From a virus: a DNA stretch of 64,000 bases. Shown here in pieces: positions 17,390 to 27,013 of the stretch. A program made the position numbers and the translations under genes. The stretch lies in the IMG/VR virus record IMGVR_UViG_3300046616_000269, positions 6,617-70,616 of that record; one strand, 5' to 3'. The notes beneath the pieces were generated by a model that worked only from the letters and a program-made list of their open reading frames with translations, did no database searches and was not told the DNA's origin. The first letter of the stretch is position 1, and every line of letters begins with the position of its first letter.

Positions 17390-18115
17390 ATGTTTGGTCA
17401 GAATCCCATCCGTGCTGTCGAGCGCAATGCCGCCCAGCTGGCCGTCGAAGATATCTTCTACACGATTCAAGGCGAGGGGCCATTCGCTGGCTGCCCGGCG
17501 CTCTTCATCCGCTTGGCCGGCTGCAATCTGGCCTGCCACTTCTGCGACACCCAGTTCGAGACCATGGCTGATATGCCTGGGGATACGGCCGAGCTGCTGG
17601 GCACCATCCTGAACGTCTACCCCGCCAGCCAGCGCAAGCTGGTGGTCATCACCGGCGGCGAGCCGATGCGCCAGAACTTCTCGGCCCTGGCAGCCGGTCT
17701 GCTGGCAGCCGGAACTGAAACGATCCAGATCGAAACCGCGGGCACAGTCTGGCAACCGGACCTTGCGGACATGATCAAGGGCGGCAGCATCGTCCTCGTT
17801 TGCAGCCCAAAGACGCCGCGCGTCCACGCCAACATCGTTGAGTACTGTGACCATTGGAAGTACATTATTCGCGGCGGCGAGGTCGGCACCGATGGCTTGC
17901 CGAACGTGAGCACCCAGAAAAAGGGCGTCCCCCAGATCCTCTATCGGCCCTGGCAAAACCGGGCACTGACCACCGCGGAAACCATCTGGCTCAGCCCTTG
18001 CGACGATTACGATGCCGTCCTGAATAAGGTCAACCAGGACCTGGCCCGCGACCTCTGCCTGAAGCATGGCTACCGGCTCAGCCTGCAGATGCACAAGCTG
18101 GTAGACGTCAAATGA
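17390..18115 (+). CDS. queE: 7-carboxy-7-deazaguanine synthase QueE (radical SAM)
   Basis: TIQGEG, RLAGCNLACHFCDT, ITGGEP, IETAG, SPK and LSLQMHK motifs. Confidence 0.95.
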   Translation: MFGQNPIRAVERNAAQLAVEDIFYTIQGEGPFAGCPALFIRLAGCNLACHFCDTQFETMADMPGDTAELLGTILNVYPASQRKLVVITGGEPMRQNFSALAAGLLAAGTETIQIETAGTVWQPDLADMIKGGSIVLVCSPKTPRVHANIVEYCDHWKYIIRGGEVGTDGLPNVSTQKKGVPQILYRPWQNRALTTAETIWLSPCDDYDAVLNKVNQDLARDLCLKHGYRLSLQMHKLVDVK

Positions 18116-18432
18116 AGCCCATCGAAGCCGGCGAGATCTGCGTCATCATCAAGGAGACAGAGGCCTTTCGTGAAAACGTTGGGGCCTTCGTCACCGTTGT
18201 CGAATATGTGGAGTCGACGGGTGGCTGGATGTGGACGTTCAAGGATGCCAGCCGCCCTATCTTGGTCGGCATCAACCTCCTACTGCATAAATTCTACGTG
18301 TCCAGTAGTCAAGAGTGTATCGACCGGTGGGGTCCGGAACCAGGATTCAATAGCGGCTGTCTTATCCCCATCCGCGACCCAGGCCCCGAGGTCGAAGAGC
18401 GAATCGAACTCGACCAGCCGGCGTTTGCATGA
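18112..18432 (+). CDS. hypothetical phage protein
   Basis: ATGA-coupled; LIPIRDPG C-terminus. Confidence 0.6.
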   Translation: MKPIEAGEICVIIKETEAFRENVGAFVTVVEYVESTGGWMWTFKDASRPILVGINLLLHKFYVSSSQECIDRWGPEPGFNSGCLIPIRDPGPEVEERIELDQPAFA

Positions 18433-18884
18433 AGCCCCGCTATGACGTCGGGATTATTGCCTGCACGCGGGGCAAGAATCCGACTGGCTTGACGCCGCTG
18501 ACGCTCTATAAGGGCACGCCGTTCGTCGTCGCCATGCGGCACGCCCAGCAGCGCTGCGGGACCATCTTGATACTCAGCGCCAAGTATGGGCTGCTGCGGA
18601 CGGATGACCCTGTCAGCTACTACGACGCCTACATTCCCGACCTGGATGCCCAGGGCAGGCAGGCGCTTGTCGACCGCATCCGCGCCGAACCCTGGGTCGA
18701 ACTCTACGCCGGCAAGCGCATCCTGTCATACCTGCCAGAAGCCTATTTCAAGCTGCTGGCCGAAGCCAAGCCGGCCCTGGCAGCCACCATTAGCCGGCCC
18801 TACAGGGGCCTGAACATGCTGGCACTCGCACGAACCCTTTCCAATGAGCAAAAAGGCTATGGCATCTACCCGCAACGAAGATAG
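18429..18884 (+). CDS. DUF6884 / YaaA-like protein
   Basis: IIAC...K, LY.G, ILSAKYGL, YD and Y...L pattern. Confidence 0.7.
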   Translation: MKPRYDVGIIACTRGKNPTGLTPLTLYKGTPFVVAMRHAQQRCGTILILSAKYGLLRTDDPVSYYDAYIPDLDAQGRQALVDRIRAEPWVELYAGKRILSYLPEAYFKLLAEAKPALAATISRPYRGLNMLALARTLSNEQKGYGIYPQRR

Positions 18885-19446
18885 AGTCCTGCTCTGCGTC
18901 CATTACGTCTACTACTTGGTCGATCCGGCATCGAACGAGCTGCTCTATGTCGGGCGCTCTACCAGCCCCAAGGTTCGACTGGCCCATCACGAACGTAGGC
19001 TGGGCTGCGCGCTGGCAATCGATTACCTGCAGCGCTTCACGGACTTAGCGGCTGCTTGCTGTGCTGAACGCGATGCGATACGGGAACTTAAACCACGCTT
19101 CAACCTGCGCGTAGCGTCCAGCCCTGGGCATCTTGGTTTCAAGGGAACTCAGCGCTCTAGAGATGCGGTAAGCGCCCGCATGCAGCAGCACTGGTCCGAC
19201 CCGGCAAACAGGGCTGCCGTCAGCATTCAGTTCAAAGGAGTCCCAAAAACCAAACAGCATGCCGAGAAGATCAGCGCAGCTCTGAAGGGTAGGACCTACT
19301 CGGCGGAGCGTCGGGCAAACATCGCAAAAGGACTGAAGGGGAAATTACTGGGAGTCCCAAAAAGCCCAGAACATCGCGCCAAGCTGGCCGAAGCCCTAGC
19401 GCGAGGCCGCGAAACTATCAAGAGGAACCGCCATGCAGCAGGATAG
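18844..19446 (+). CDS. GIY-YIG homing endonuclease with NUMOD3 repeats
   Basis: YVYYL...LYVGRS..P..R..HH, E...I..LKPRFN, KSPEHRAKLA. Confidence 0.8.
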   Translation: MSKKAMASTRNEDRVLLCVHYVYYLVDPASNELLYVGRSTSPKVRLAHHERRLGCALAIDYLQRFTDLAAACCAERDAIRELKPRFNLRVASSPGHLGFKGTQRSRDAVSARMQQHWSDPANRAAVSIQFKGVPKTKQHAEKISAALKGRTYSAERRANIAKGLKGKLLGVPKSPEHRAKLAEALARGRETIKRNRHAAG

Positions 19447-20278
19447 AGTTTTATTGCTTTGCGATTTATCGTACCAGTGTTACCGCGCCAGCGCCGCCAA
19501 TCCGCATCTGACCAGCCGCCGCGTTTTCACTGGCGGCCTCTACGGCTTCCTGATGACGCTGGGCAAGATGGTCCGCGAAACCCGCGCCACCGATGTCGCC
19601 TTCTGCCAAGACATCAAGCCCTATCTGCGCAGCAAGACCTATCCAGAATACAAGCAGCTGCGCAAGTCGACCGCCGACCAGGATCTGATGGAGCGCCACA
19701 AGGCATCCATGCCGCTGATACTCGAGGCCCTGGAGGTCTGCGGTGTCAAGCCCTGGGGCGTTCCGGGCTTTGAGAGTGACGACCTCATCGGCTTGGCCGC
19801 CACGCGGCATCGTGGGCGGTTTACGCGCATCTACGCGGGCTCCAATGACAGCGACCTCTATCAGCTGCTGGTCTTCCCGAACTTCGCCGTCTATAAGGAC
19901 AGCATCGCTACCGTGGTCACCGCGGCCACTCTGCTGAAGACCAGCGGCCTGACCCCGCAGCAATACATGCTGGCAACGGCCCTGCAGGGCACCCACAACG
20001 ACATCGCAGGCATCCCCAGGGTGGGCGAGACCACGGCCAAGAAGGCGGTGCTAGACGCAGGCCTGCTGCGCAAGCTGCGCGCCGACTGGGCTGCCGTCAT
20101 CGACCGCAACCTTGGCCTTATCAAGCTGCCGCATGCCGACCTGCCGGCTGCGACCACCCTGCCCGTTCATGACGTCGGCTTTGATGTCAGGCGCCTGTAT
20201 AGATACCTCAACAAGTACGACATCGACTGCACGCTTGCCATGGAAAACGCCTTTAACCAATTCCTTCATAAGAGATAG
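19433..20278 (+). CDS. 5'-3' exonuclease / flap endonuclease
   Basis: R...YPEYK..R, ESDD, SNDSDLYQ, DIAGIPRVGETTA H3TH motif. Confidence 0.9.
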   Translation: MQQDRVLLLCDLSYQCYRASAANPHLTSRRVFTGGLYGFLMTLGKMVRETRATDVAFCQDIKPYLRSKTYPEYKQLRKSTADQDLMERHKASMPLILEALEVCGVKPWGVPGFESDDLIGLAATRHRGRFTRIYAGSNDSDLYQLLVFPNFAVYKDSIATVVTAATLLKTSGLTPQQYMLATALQGTHNDIAGIPRVGETTAKKAVLDAGLLRKLRADWAAVIDRNLGLIKLPHADLPAATTLPVHDVGFDVRRLYRYLNKYDIDCTLAMENAFNQFLHKR

Positions 20279-20280
20279 CC

Positions 20281-20571
20281 ATGAACAATGTGATCTACAA
20301 GTACCCGCTGCGCATTCACGACCAGCAGACCTTGCTGCTGCCCAGCATGGCCCAGCCCCTGACGATTCAGCTGCAGGACAAGGAAAAGTCCTGTGGAGTT
20401 GCGCAGCCATGCCTGTGGGCCAGGGTCGACCCCACCAACCCGCAGAAGCTGCCCTACTCGGTCTGGATGGTCGGCACCGGGCATCAGTTCGACCTGCCGG
20501 GAGTCGCCATCTATCTGGGCACGGTCCAGCATCCCAGCGGCTTGGTTCTGCATTGCTTTGGTGGCTTCTAA
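20281..20571 (+). CDS. conserved phage hypothetical protein
   Basis: IYKYPL...LWARVD...GTG...YLGTV pattern. Confidence 0.65.
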   Translation: MNNVIYKYPLRIHDQQTLLLPSMAQPLTIQLQDKEKSCGVAQPCLWARVDPTNPQKLPYSVWMVGTGHQFDLPGVAIYLGTVQHPSGLVLHCFGGF

Positions 20572-20573
20572 AC

Positions 20574-22028
20574 ATGCAAACAGATGAACGGATGAGTGGG
20601 GCGCTGGCCGAGAACATCCTTACCCTGCTCTGCTTCGACGACAAGAACTGCAAGCTGGTCCGCGCCGTTCTGACGCCCCAGCTGTTCGAGTCGGCGGTCA
20701 GCCGCGAGGTGGCGGGCCACGCCATCGACTTTATTGACCAGTACGGCGAGACCATCAAGGAGCACTTGCCCGACCATCTTGAAGGCGTGCTGAACGGCGA
20801 CGACAAGCGCAAAGCCGAGATGTATAAGCGCCTGCTGGATAACCTCTACCAGAGCCGCGACAGCGTCAATAGCGACTACGTGCTGCAGAGCCTGCATAAG
20901 TTCGTGCGCATGCAGAAGCTGAAGTCGGCCATCGTTGCCGCGGTCGAGCACGTGGGCAACGGCAACATCGATGCCGCCGAAGTCGAACTGAATAAGGGCC
21001 TGAACAGCACCGCCGTTTCCTTTGAAGCCGGGCTGTCACTCAGCAGCGCCGAAGACATTGGCAACCTGCTGGACGAACCCGAGGAAGAAGGCTTCGAGCT
21101 GGGCATTCCCGAACTCGACCAGAACGGCAACTATCCGCGCCGCAAGGAGTTGACGCTATTCCTGGCAGCGCGCGGCAGGGGCAAGTCGTGGTTCATCACG
21201 CACTGCGCCAAGCAGGCCCTGCTGCAGCGCTGGAGCGTGCTTATCGTAACGCTGGAGATGGGCGAAAAGAGCTACGCCCGCCGCTTCCTGCAATCGTTCT
21301 TCTCTATCAGCAAGCGCGAGGCCATAGTCAAGGTCACGCGCTTCACCAAGTCCCGCGACGGTGCACTCGAAGACCTGGTCATGGAAGAAGTCGAACGCAT
21401 GACTATGCGCGATGACGACATCAGGACCAAGCTGATCAGCAAGGCCAAGCGCGAGTTCACGCGGCGCCGTCCTTTCCGCATCAAGGCCTTCCCCACCGGG
21501 CAGCTGACCATGGACGGACTGAAGGCCTATCTGGAAGGACTCGAGCGCTTCGAGAAGTTCACGCCGGACTTGATCTGCGTCGACTACCCCGACCTGTTCC
21601 AGATCGACAGCCAGAACCTGCGCATTGAAGTCGGCAAGGTGGTCGAGAACCTGCGCGGTATCGCCGTCCAGCGCAACTGCGCCATGGTCACGGTCAGCCA
21701 GGGCAACCGGACCTCTGAATCGGCGACGACCGTCACCGGCGACATGGCGGCCGAAGACATCAGCAAGCTCGCAACCGCTGACTTGGCCTTCACTTATAGC
21801 CAGACGCCGGGCGAATACTCACTGGGTCTGGCCCGCCTGCTGGTCGAGAAGGCGCGGAACGAAAGCGCCAAGTTCTCGGTGCTGATGACCCAGGCCTACG
21901 CCATCGGTCAGTTCTGCCTGGACAGCGTCAAGCTGGTCAGCGACTACTGGCAGCTGATGGAGGAACGCGGCGACCGCGAAGAGCGCAAGCGGCCCCGCCG
22001 CAAGACCAGGGACGGCGATGAAGATTAG
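20574..22028 (+). CDS. dnaB: DnaB-like replicative helicase
   Basis: Walker A AARGRGKS, TLEM, CVDYPD, SQGNR and KARN motifs. Confidence 0.9.
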   Translation: MQTDERMSGALAENILTLLCFDDKNCKLVRAVLTPQLFESAVSREVAGHAIDFIDQYGETIKEHLPDHLEGVLNGDDKRKAEMYKRLLDNLYQSRDSVNSDYVLQSLHKFVRMQKLKSAIVAAVEHVGNGNIDAAEVELNKGLNSTAVSFEAGLSLSSAEDIGNLLDEPEEEGFELGIPELDQNGNYPRRKELTLFLAARGRGKSWFITHCAKQALLQRWSVLIVTLEMGEKSYARRFLQSFFSISKREAIVKVTRFTKSRDGALEDLVMEEVERMTMRDDDIRTKLISKAKREFTRRRPFRIKAFPTGQLTMDGLKAYLEGLERFEKFTPDLICVDYPDLFQIDSQNLRIEVGKVVENLRGIAVQRNCAMVTVSQGNRTSESATTVTGDMAAEDISKLATADLAFTYSQTPGEYSLGLARLLVEKARNESAKFSVLMTQAYAIGQFCLDSVKLVSDYWQLMEERGDREERKRPRRKTRDGDED

Positions 22029-23583
22029 CCGGCAAGCGGTCCGCGAGTTCGTGCGGCGGCCCTTCGACGACTTCAACTGGATGAAGGCGCTGCCGCGTGA
22101 CAAGATCCTGGCCGAGCTGCGCCAGCTGAAGGTCCGCCCCGTTTTCAAGACCCAGCCCTGGGAGCACCAGCTGGTCTGCTTCTACATCGGCATGTTCTAC
22201 CCGCGGTTCCTGTTCCTGCTGGACATGGGCCTGGGCAAGTCGAAGATCCTGGCCGACCTCATCACCCAGGCCATGCGCGAGAAGCGCATCAAGCACGCGC
22301 TGATAAGCGTGCCGCGCCTCATCAATATCGACAGCTGGACTGATGACCTGGACCGGCACAGCGACCTGGAGCCCTGGGGTATCGGCATCCCAGACATCGA
22401 GGAAAAGCGTGACCGACTGCTTAATCCCAAAGGCGAGGTCACGCTTATCGACTACCAGGGCCTGCAATGGGCTCTGTGCCGCAAGGAACGCATCAGCGGC
22501 AAGAAGACGGTGCTAGTTCGCGACGACAAGCTGGTGCGCCGCGCCCGCCAGCTGTATGGCTTCATCGGCATCGACGAAAGCCATAAGCTCAGCAACACCG
22601 AAAGCCTCTGGTACGGGATCATGAAGCAGCTCAGCAAGAACGCCGAGATGGTCTTCGCCACAACCGGCACCCTTTTCGGCAGCCAGGTCGAGGACCTCTG
22701 GGGCCAGTTCCAGCTGGTCGACCAGGGCGAGACCTTCGGCGAAACCCTGGGCCTGTTCCGCGCCGCGCTTTTCAAGGAAGAAACCCAGGCCTGGAGTGGC
22801 TACCCCAAGTACGTCTTCGATAAGGCCAACGACAAGCTGCTGCACAAGATGCTGCAGCACCGCAGCATTCGGTACGATGAGACCGAGGTCCTGGACCTGC
22901 CTAAGCGCGTATACCGCACTCAAATGTGTGAGATGGGGGAAGAGCAGCGGAATCACTATTTACGCGCCCTGGAAGGCCTTATCAATGCCGGCGGCCAGCT
23001 TTCCGAACTCGACTCACAGTGGCTGCGCATGCGGCAGATCATCAGCGGCTACCTTGCCTGGGCCGATGAAAGCGGCAAGCATGTCATCAGGTTCAAGCAG
23101 AACCCGAAGCTGGACCATCTGGAGCGGCTGATGGCCGAGATGGGCGACAGCAAGATTGTCATCTGCTATGACTACACGGAGACGGGCAGCATGATCGTCG
23201 ACCGGGTCAAGGCCATGGGGCTGGGCTACGAATGGTTCTATGGCGGCACCAAGGACAAGAGCGCCAGCCGCACGCGCTTCATGACCGACCCCAGCTGCAA
23301 GGTCTTTGTCATGAACAGCGAAGCCGGTGGCACCGGCAACGATGGCCTGCAGAAGGTCGCGCGTTACATGGTCTTCTACGAAACGCCGACGCCGCCCAAC
23401 GTCCGCAAGCAGACCGAGAAGCGCATTCACAGGCCCGGCCAGGACAAGCGCGTGTTCATCTGGGACCTCGTCATGGCGCGCAGCCTGGACCGCGGAATCC
23501 TTGATGGCATTGCCGAAGGCATCGACATCCATGCCCGCGTCGTAAACGGGAAGGCAGACAACAAAAATCTTTTTTTACGGTAG
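22018..23583 (+). CDS. SNF2-family (SF2) helicase
   Basis: DMGLGKS, DESH, TGT and Q..KRIHRPGQ motifs. Confidence 0.9.
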   Translation: MKISRQAVREFVRRPFDDFNWMKALPRDKILAELRQLKVRPVFKTQPWEHQLVCFYIGMFYPRFLFLLDMGLGKSKILADLITQAMREKRIKHALISVPRLINIDSWTDDLDRHSDLEPWGIGIPDIEEKRDRLLNPKGEVTLIDYQGLQWALCRKERISGKKTVLVRDDKLVRRARQLYGFIGIDESHKLSNTESLWYGIMKQLSKNAEMVFATTGTLFGSQVEDLWGQFQLVDQGETFGETLGLFRAALFKEETQAWSGYPKYVFDKANDKLLHKMLQHRSIRYDETEVLDLPKRVYRTQMCEMGEEQRNHYLRALEGLINAGGQLSELDSQWLRMRQIISGYLAWADESGKHVIRFKQNPKLDHLERLMAEMGDSKIVICYDYTETGSMIVDRVKAMGLGYEWFYGGTKDKSASRTRFMTDPSCKVFVMNSEAGGTGNDGLQKVARYMVFYETPTPPNVRKQTEKRIHRPGQDKRVFIWDLVMARSLDRGILDGIAEGIDIHARVVNGKADNKNLFLR

Positions 23584-23594
23584 CTGGACCATAA

Positions 23595-23617
23595 GCCCAA
23601 AATCTTTATATAATTTC
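23595..23617 (+). promoter_or_regulatory. promoter/operator-like AATCTTTATATAATT
   Basis: 15-mer identical to the one at about 17317-17331 on the minus strand. Confidence 0.55.
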
Positions 23618-23623
23618 CCCAAC

Positions 23624-23875
23624 ATGCAGGACAAAACTTTACCAACCAAGCCACCGCCGGCTTCCCCAACTGGGAGGGCACCGACGGATTACGTCCCGCC
23701 CTTTCACAACTTCCCGCACCCTGGCAGAACTGCCAGGGTCAGCTGGGTCAGACCCCCAGGCAAGAGCTTTTACAACGCCTATGTAAGGCATTTTTGGGAA
23801 GCGCAAGAAGCGCGCCACCAGGGCCAGCTTGCCATCAGGGCAGCCATAAAAACACTCTTCCAGCGACAGCGCTAG
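23624..23875 (+). CDS. hypothetical protein
   Basis: ORF between the promoter and the primase gene. Confidence 0.45.
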   Translation: MQDKTLPTKPPPASPTGRAPTDYVPPFHNFPHPGRTARVSWVRPPGKSFYNAYVRHFWEAQEARHQGQLAIRAAIKTLFQRQR

Positions 23876-23882
23876 ACGGCCC

Positions 23883-24902
23883 ATGCGAGTCATCGACTGG
23901 GAAAGGCTCTTACGGGAGCAGAGGATACCTTTTGCCGAATCTGGCCCGAACATCAAGCGGGGCGAGATTGGAATACGCTGCCCGTTCTGCGGCAGCGCCG
24001 ATCCCAGCATGCATATGGGCCTAAGCCGCGAGACGGGCTGGTGGTCCTGCTGGCGTAATCGGGCACAGCATAGCGGCAAGAGCCCGCTGCGCCTGCTGAT
24101 GCGCCTGCTGGGGGTTCCCTACGGGGTCGCCCGCGAGCTGGCAGGGCTTGGCGATGACTACATCGACCCGGAAGGCTTCGACGCCCTGGCTGCCAAGCTG
24201 ATGCGCCGCGATGACACGACTGGACGCCCAGAAGAAACGCAGCGCAGGCGCCTGGACCTTGACGGCGACTTTGTGCCCATCGAACCGCGGGGCCGGACGC
24301 GGCACCACTTCGATTATCTGGTCGACAGTCGCGGCTTCGATGCCGATGACATCAAGGCCCTGGGGCGGCTTTACGGCGTCTGCGCTGGCGTTAGCGGCCC
24401 CTTCTCTGGCCGCGTCGTGCTGCCCTACTACCAGGACGGCGACCTGGTTACCTGGACGGGCCGCGCCATAGGCCCCGCCAAGATCCGCTACAGGGACCTG
24501 GAAATCGCAGACTCCCTGCTGCCGCCGAAGCTGACCCTTTTCAATCACGATTGCATGCTGGCAGGCGGAAACGTCCTGGTGCTGCAGGAAGGCCCGATGG
24601 ATGCATTAAAAGTCGACTTCTATGGCCGCCGCTATGGCATCCGCAGCACAGCACTTTCCACGAACAGCATCCAAGACGCGCAGGCCTATCTGCTGCAGAC
24701 GGCCATCAACAAATTCAAGCGCGTCCTGGTCATGCTGGACAACGCATCCATCCTTGGCATCGTCGACAGTATGCGGATGCGCCAAGAGCTTTCATTCCTT
24801 CCCAACGTCGCCACAGCCAAGGTCCCATACGGGGCCAAGGACGGCGCCGATCTAACGCCTTCAAAAATCCGCCGCTGGTCCCAGCAGCTTCTTCTGGAGT
24901 AA
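23883..24902 (+). CDS. dnaG: DNA primase (Zn finger + TOPRIM)
   Basis: CPFC...WSCWR...H, EGPMD, LDN and KDGAD motifs. Confidence 0.9.
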   Translation: MRVIDWERLLREQRIPFAESGPNIKRGEIGIRCPFCGSADPSMHMGLSRETGWWSCWRNRAQHSGKSPLRLLMRLLGVPYGVARELAGLGDDYIDPEGFDALAAKLMRRDDTTGRPEETQRRRLDLDGDFVPIEPRGRTRHHFDYLVDSRGFDADDIKALGRLYGVCAGVSGPFSGRVVLPYYQDGDLVTWTGRAIGPAKIRYRDLEIADSLLPPKLTLFNHDCMLAGGNVLVLQEGPMDALKVDFYGRRYGIRSTALSTNSIQDAQAYLLQTAINKFKRVLVMLDNASILGIVDSMRMRQELSFLPNVATAKVPYGAKDGADLTPSKIRRWSQQLLLE

Positions 24903-24908
24903 CTTCCC

Positions 24909-25301
24909 ATGTCTGATTTCAAACGCCACATGAACAGTGGCTACGCCGGGTGCCGTCTTTTGGCCTATGCACGCGATAACCACCGTAATCGCGACGTCAA
25001 GATTTTCCAGATTCCACACGAATGGGAAGCCGTTGGAGTCAGCGACGGCGTCGACAGCTGGATTGCGCCAGTCATCGCCGATCCGTTCAGCGTGAACATC
25101 AAGCGGCTGATGGCTGACCTGCAGGCAGGCAAGCCATTACCGACGCCAGTGCCACCAGACAAGGCCCAGACGGCGCCGCCACAGCTGAAGAAGGCCAGGG
25201 TGGCACTACTGGAAGAAAACGCCCCAAAACGCGTCAGGGTTCGGATTGAAGAAGCCGAGCCCGCTGCGCCAGCCAAACCCGCCCGTAAACGCATCAACTA
25301 A
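24909..25301 (+). CDS. hypothetical protein
   Basis: GGAG RBS; Pro/basic disordered tail. Confidence 0.6.
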   Translation: MSDFKRHMNSGYAGCRLLAYARDNHRNRDVKIFQIPHEWEAVGVSDGVDSWIAPVIADPFSVNIKRLMADLQAGKPLPTPVPPDKAQTAPPQLKKARVALLEENAPKRVRVRIEEAEPAAPAKPARKRIN

Positions 25302-25312
25302 AGGAACGCGCC

Positions 25313-25867
25313 ATGCATACCCCAGTCTATGACGGCCCCATCGCAGGCTACGTGGTCAACTTCATCCGCAAGAACCAATGGCGGACGGCGCGGACCCATG
25401 AGTTCGATGACCTGAAGCAGGAAGCCTACATTGTCTTCATGCGGGTCGCCGAGAAGTACCCCGACATGGACACGCCGCAGCACTTCATGGCGCTGTTCAA
25501 GATGGCCTGGACGAACCACTTCACGGACTTGGCGAATAAGCACACCAACCAGAGCTTCCAAGTCCAGATGCCGGTCTACCGCGGTGAAGACGGCGAAGAG
25601 GCCATGGAGATGGATATGGCCGGCGACCTGAATAACGACGGCGAGCTGGCAGTCCTGCTGAACGAGGCCCCCAGCGAGGTCGTGGCCGTCTTGAATCTTT
25701 TTTTGTCCGCACCACAGGAAATCTTGGATATGGCGCTGGCATCGTGGCGGGGCCGCGATAAAAGGTGCAAAACCGGCGGCAGCAGCAAGATCTGCCGGCT
25801 GCTGGGCCTGCCCCAAGACTGCGACGTGATGCAGAAGGTCCACGACTATTTTGGAGGTCGCCACTAA
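25313..25867 (+). CDS. phage sigma-like factor (sigma70 region 2)
   Basis: DDLKQEAYIVF...KY...F...F..AWTN.FTD. Confidence 0.7.
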   Translation: MHTPVYDGPIAGYVVNFIRKNQWRTARTHEFDDLKQEAYIVFMRVAEKYPDMDTPQHFMALFKMAWTNHFTDLANKHTNQSFQVQMPVYRGEDGEEAMEMDMAGDLNNDGELAVLLNEAPSEVVAVLNLFLSAPQEILDMALASWRGRDKRCKTGGSSKICRLLGLPQDCDVMQKVHDYFGGRH

Positions 25868-25940
25868 ATACCAGAACCCCCGTATAGCTTCCCCAGCCAA
25901 ACCGGCTACTACTCAACAAACCCCTGGAGCTACTAAGCAC

Positions 25941-26930
25941 ATGAACAGCAAAATCGAAGCGAAACTGGCCAAATTCCTGGACTTCAAACCAAAGCGTGGC
26001 GCCAGCCGCCAAGAAGTTCTGTCCGCCATGGTCTTGGCCGTGGGCGCGCTGTCCGACAAGGACTGGAACGAACTCGACGAAGACGCCATGGAATGGTTCA
26101 ACGCCTGCGCCGACGCCAAGAACGCGAAGAAGAAGGAACTGCCTGACTTCCCAGATGTCGAAGCCGCCGAAGAAGAAAAGGAAGAAGCCAAGCCAACCCG
26201 CCGCCGCGCAGCCGCTGCTGACGAAGATGATGCGCCTGCCAAGGCCAAGCCAGCACGTGATGCCAAGGTCGGCGATGTCGTTACCGTGACTAACAAGCGC
26301 GGCAAGGAAACGACCGGCGAAGTCGTGGAAATCGACAAGGATGTCATCGTCTTGCTGGTCGGCAGCGAAGAGGTCGAGTTCGGCCGCGACCGCGTCGAGA
26401 AGATCGTGCTGGCCGAAGCTGAACCTGCGGCCGATGATGAACCCGCTGGCGCCCCAGAGCTGAAGGTCGGCGACAAGGCCACGGCCACCAACAAGCGCGG
26501 CAAGACCGTCACCGGCAAGATCATCGAGATGGATGACGAGCTGGTGGTCATCGACGACGGCAAGGACGAGCACGAGTTCCCGCGTGACCGCCTCGAGTCC
26601 CTGGTGCCAGTCGGCGGCAAGCCTGCCCGCGCCGCCAAGGAAGAAGCCGCCGAAGAAGAAAAGCCGGCCCGCCGCGGTCGCACGGCAGCTGCCGATGACA
26701 AGGACGCCGAAGAAAAGCCGAAGAGCACGCGCGTCAGCAATGGCGAGGTCAGCATCGGGCAGGCCATCCGCGAAGCCATCCTCGACGACCTCGACGCCAA
26801 GGAAGAAGACATCGCCAAGGTCCTGAAGAAGCGCGGCCTGGAGTTCAAGGAAAACACCCTGAACCTGAACTACAAGGAAGCGCACAAGTTCTTGGATCTG
26901 CTGAAGTCCCGCAAGATGCTGAAGGCATAA
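25941..26930 (+). CDS. acidic protein with two tandem SH3/Sm-like beta-barrel repeats
   Basis: KVGD....TNKRGK..TG...E.D...V.......EF.RDR.E occurs twice; own promoter motif and terminator. Confidence 0.7.
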   Translation: MNSKIEAKLAKFLDFKPKRGASRQEVLSAMVLAVGALSDKDWNELDEDAMEWFNACADAKNAKKKELPDFPDVEAAEEEKEEAKPTRRRAAAADEDDAPAKAKPARDAKVGDVVTVTNKRGKETTGEVVEIDKDVIVLLVGSEEVEFGRDRVEKIVLAEAEPAADDEPAGAPELKVGDKATATNKRGKTVTGKIIEMDDELVVIDDGKDEHEFPRDRLESLVPVGGKPARAAKEEAAEEEKPARRGRTAAADDKDAEEKPKSTRVSNGEVSIGQAIREAILDDLDAKEEDIAKVLKKRGLEFKENTLNLNYKEAHKFLDLLKSRKMLKA

Positions 26931-26959
26931 GCCCAGGGGCTTGCCGCAACTGCGATAGC

Positions 26960-26993
26960 AAAGCCCGGAGCCGAAAAGCTGCCGGGCTTTTTT
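26960..26993 (+). terminator. intrinsic terminator
   Basis: AAAGCCCGG...CCGGGCTTTTTT. Confidence 0.7.
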
Positions 26994-27013
26994 CAACTCA
27001 ACCGGAGATAGAT

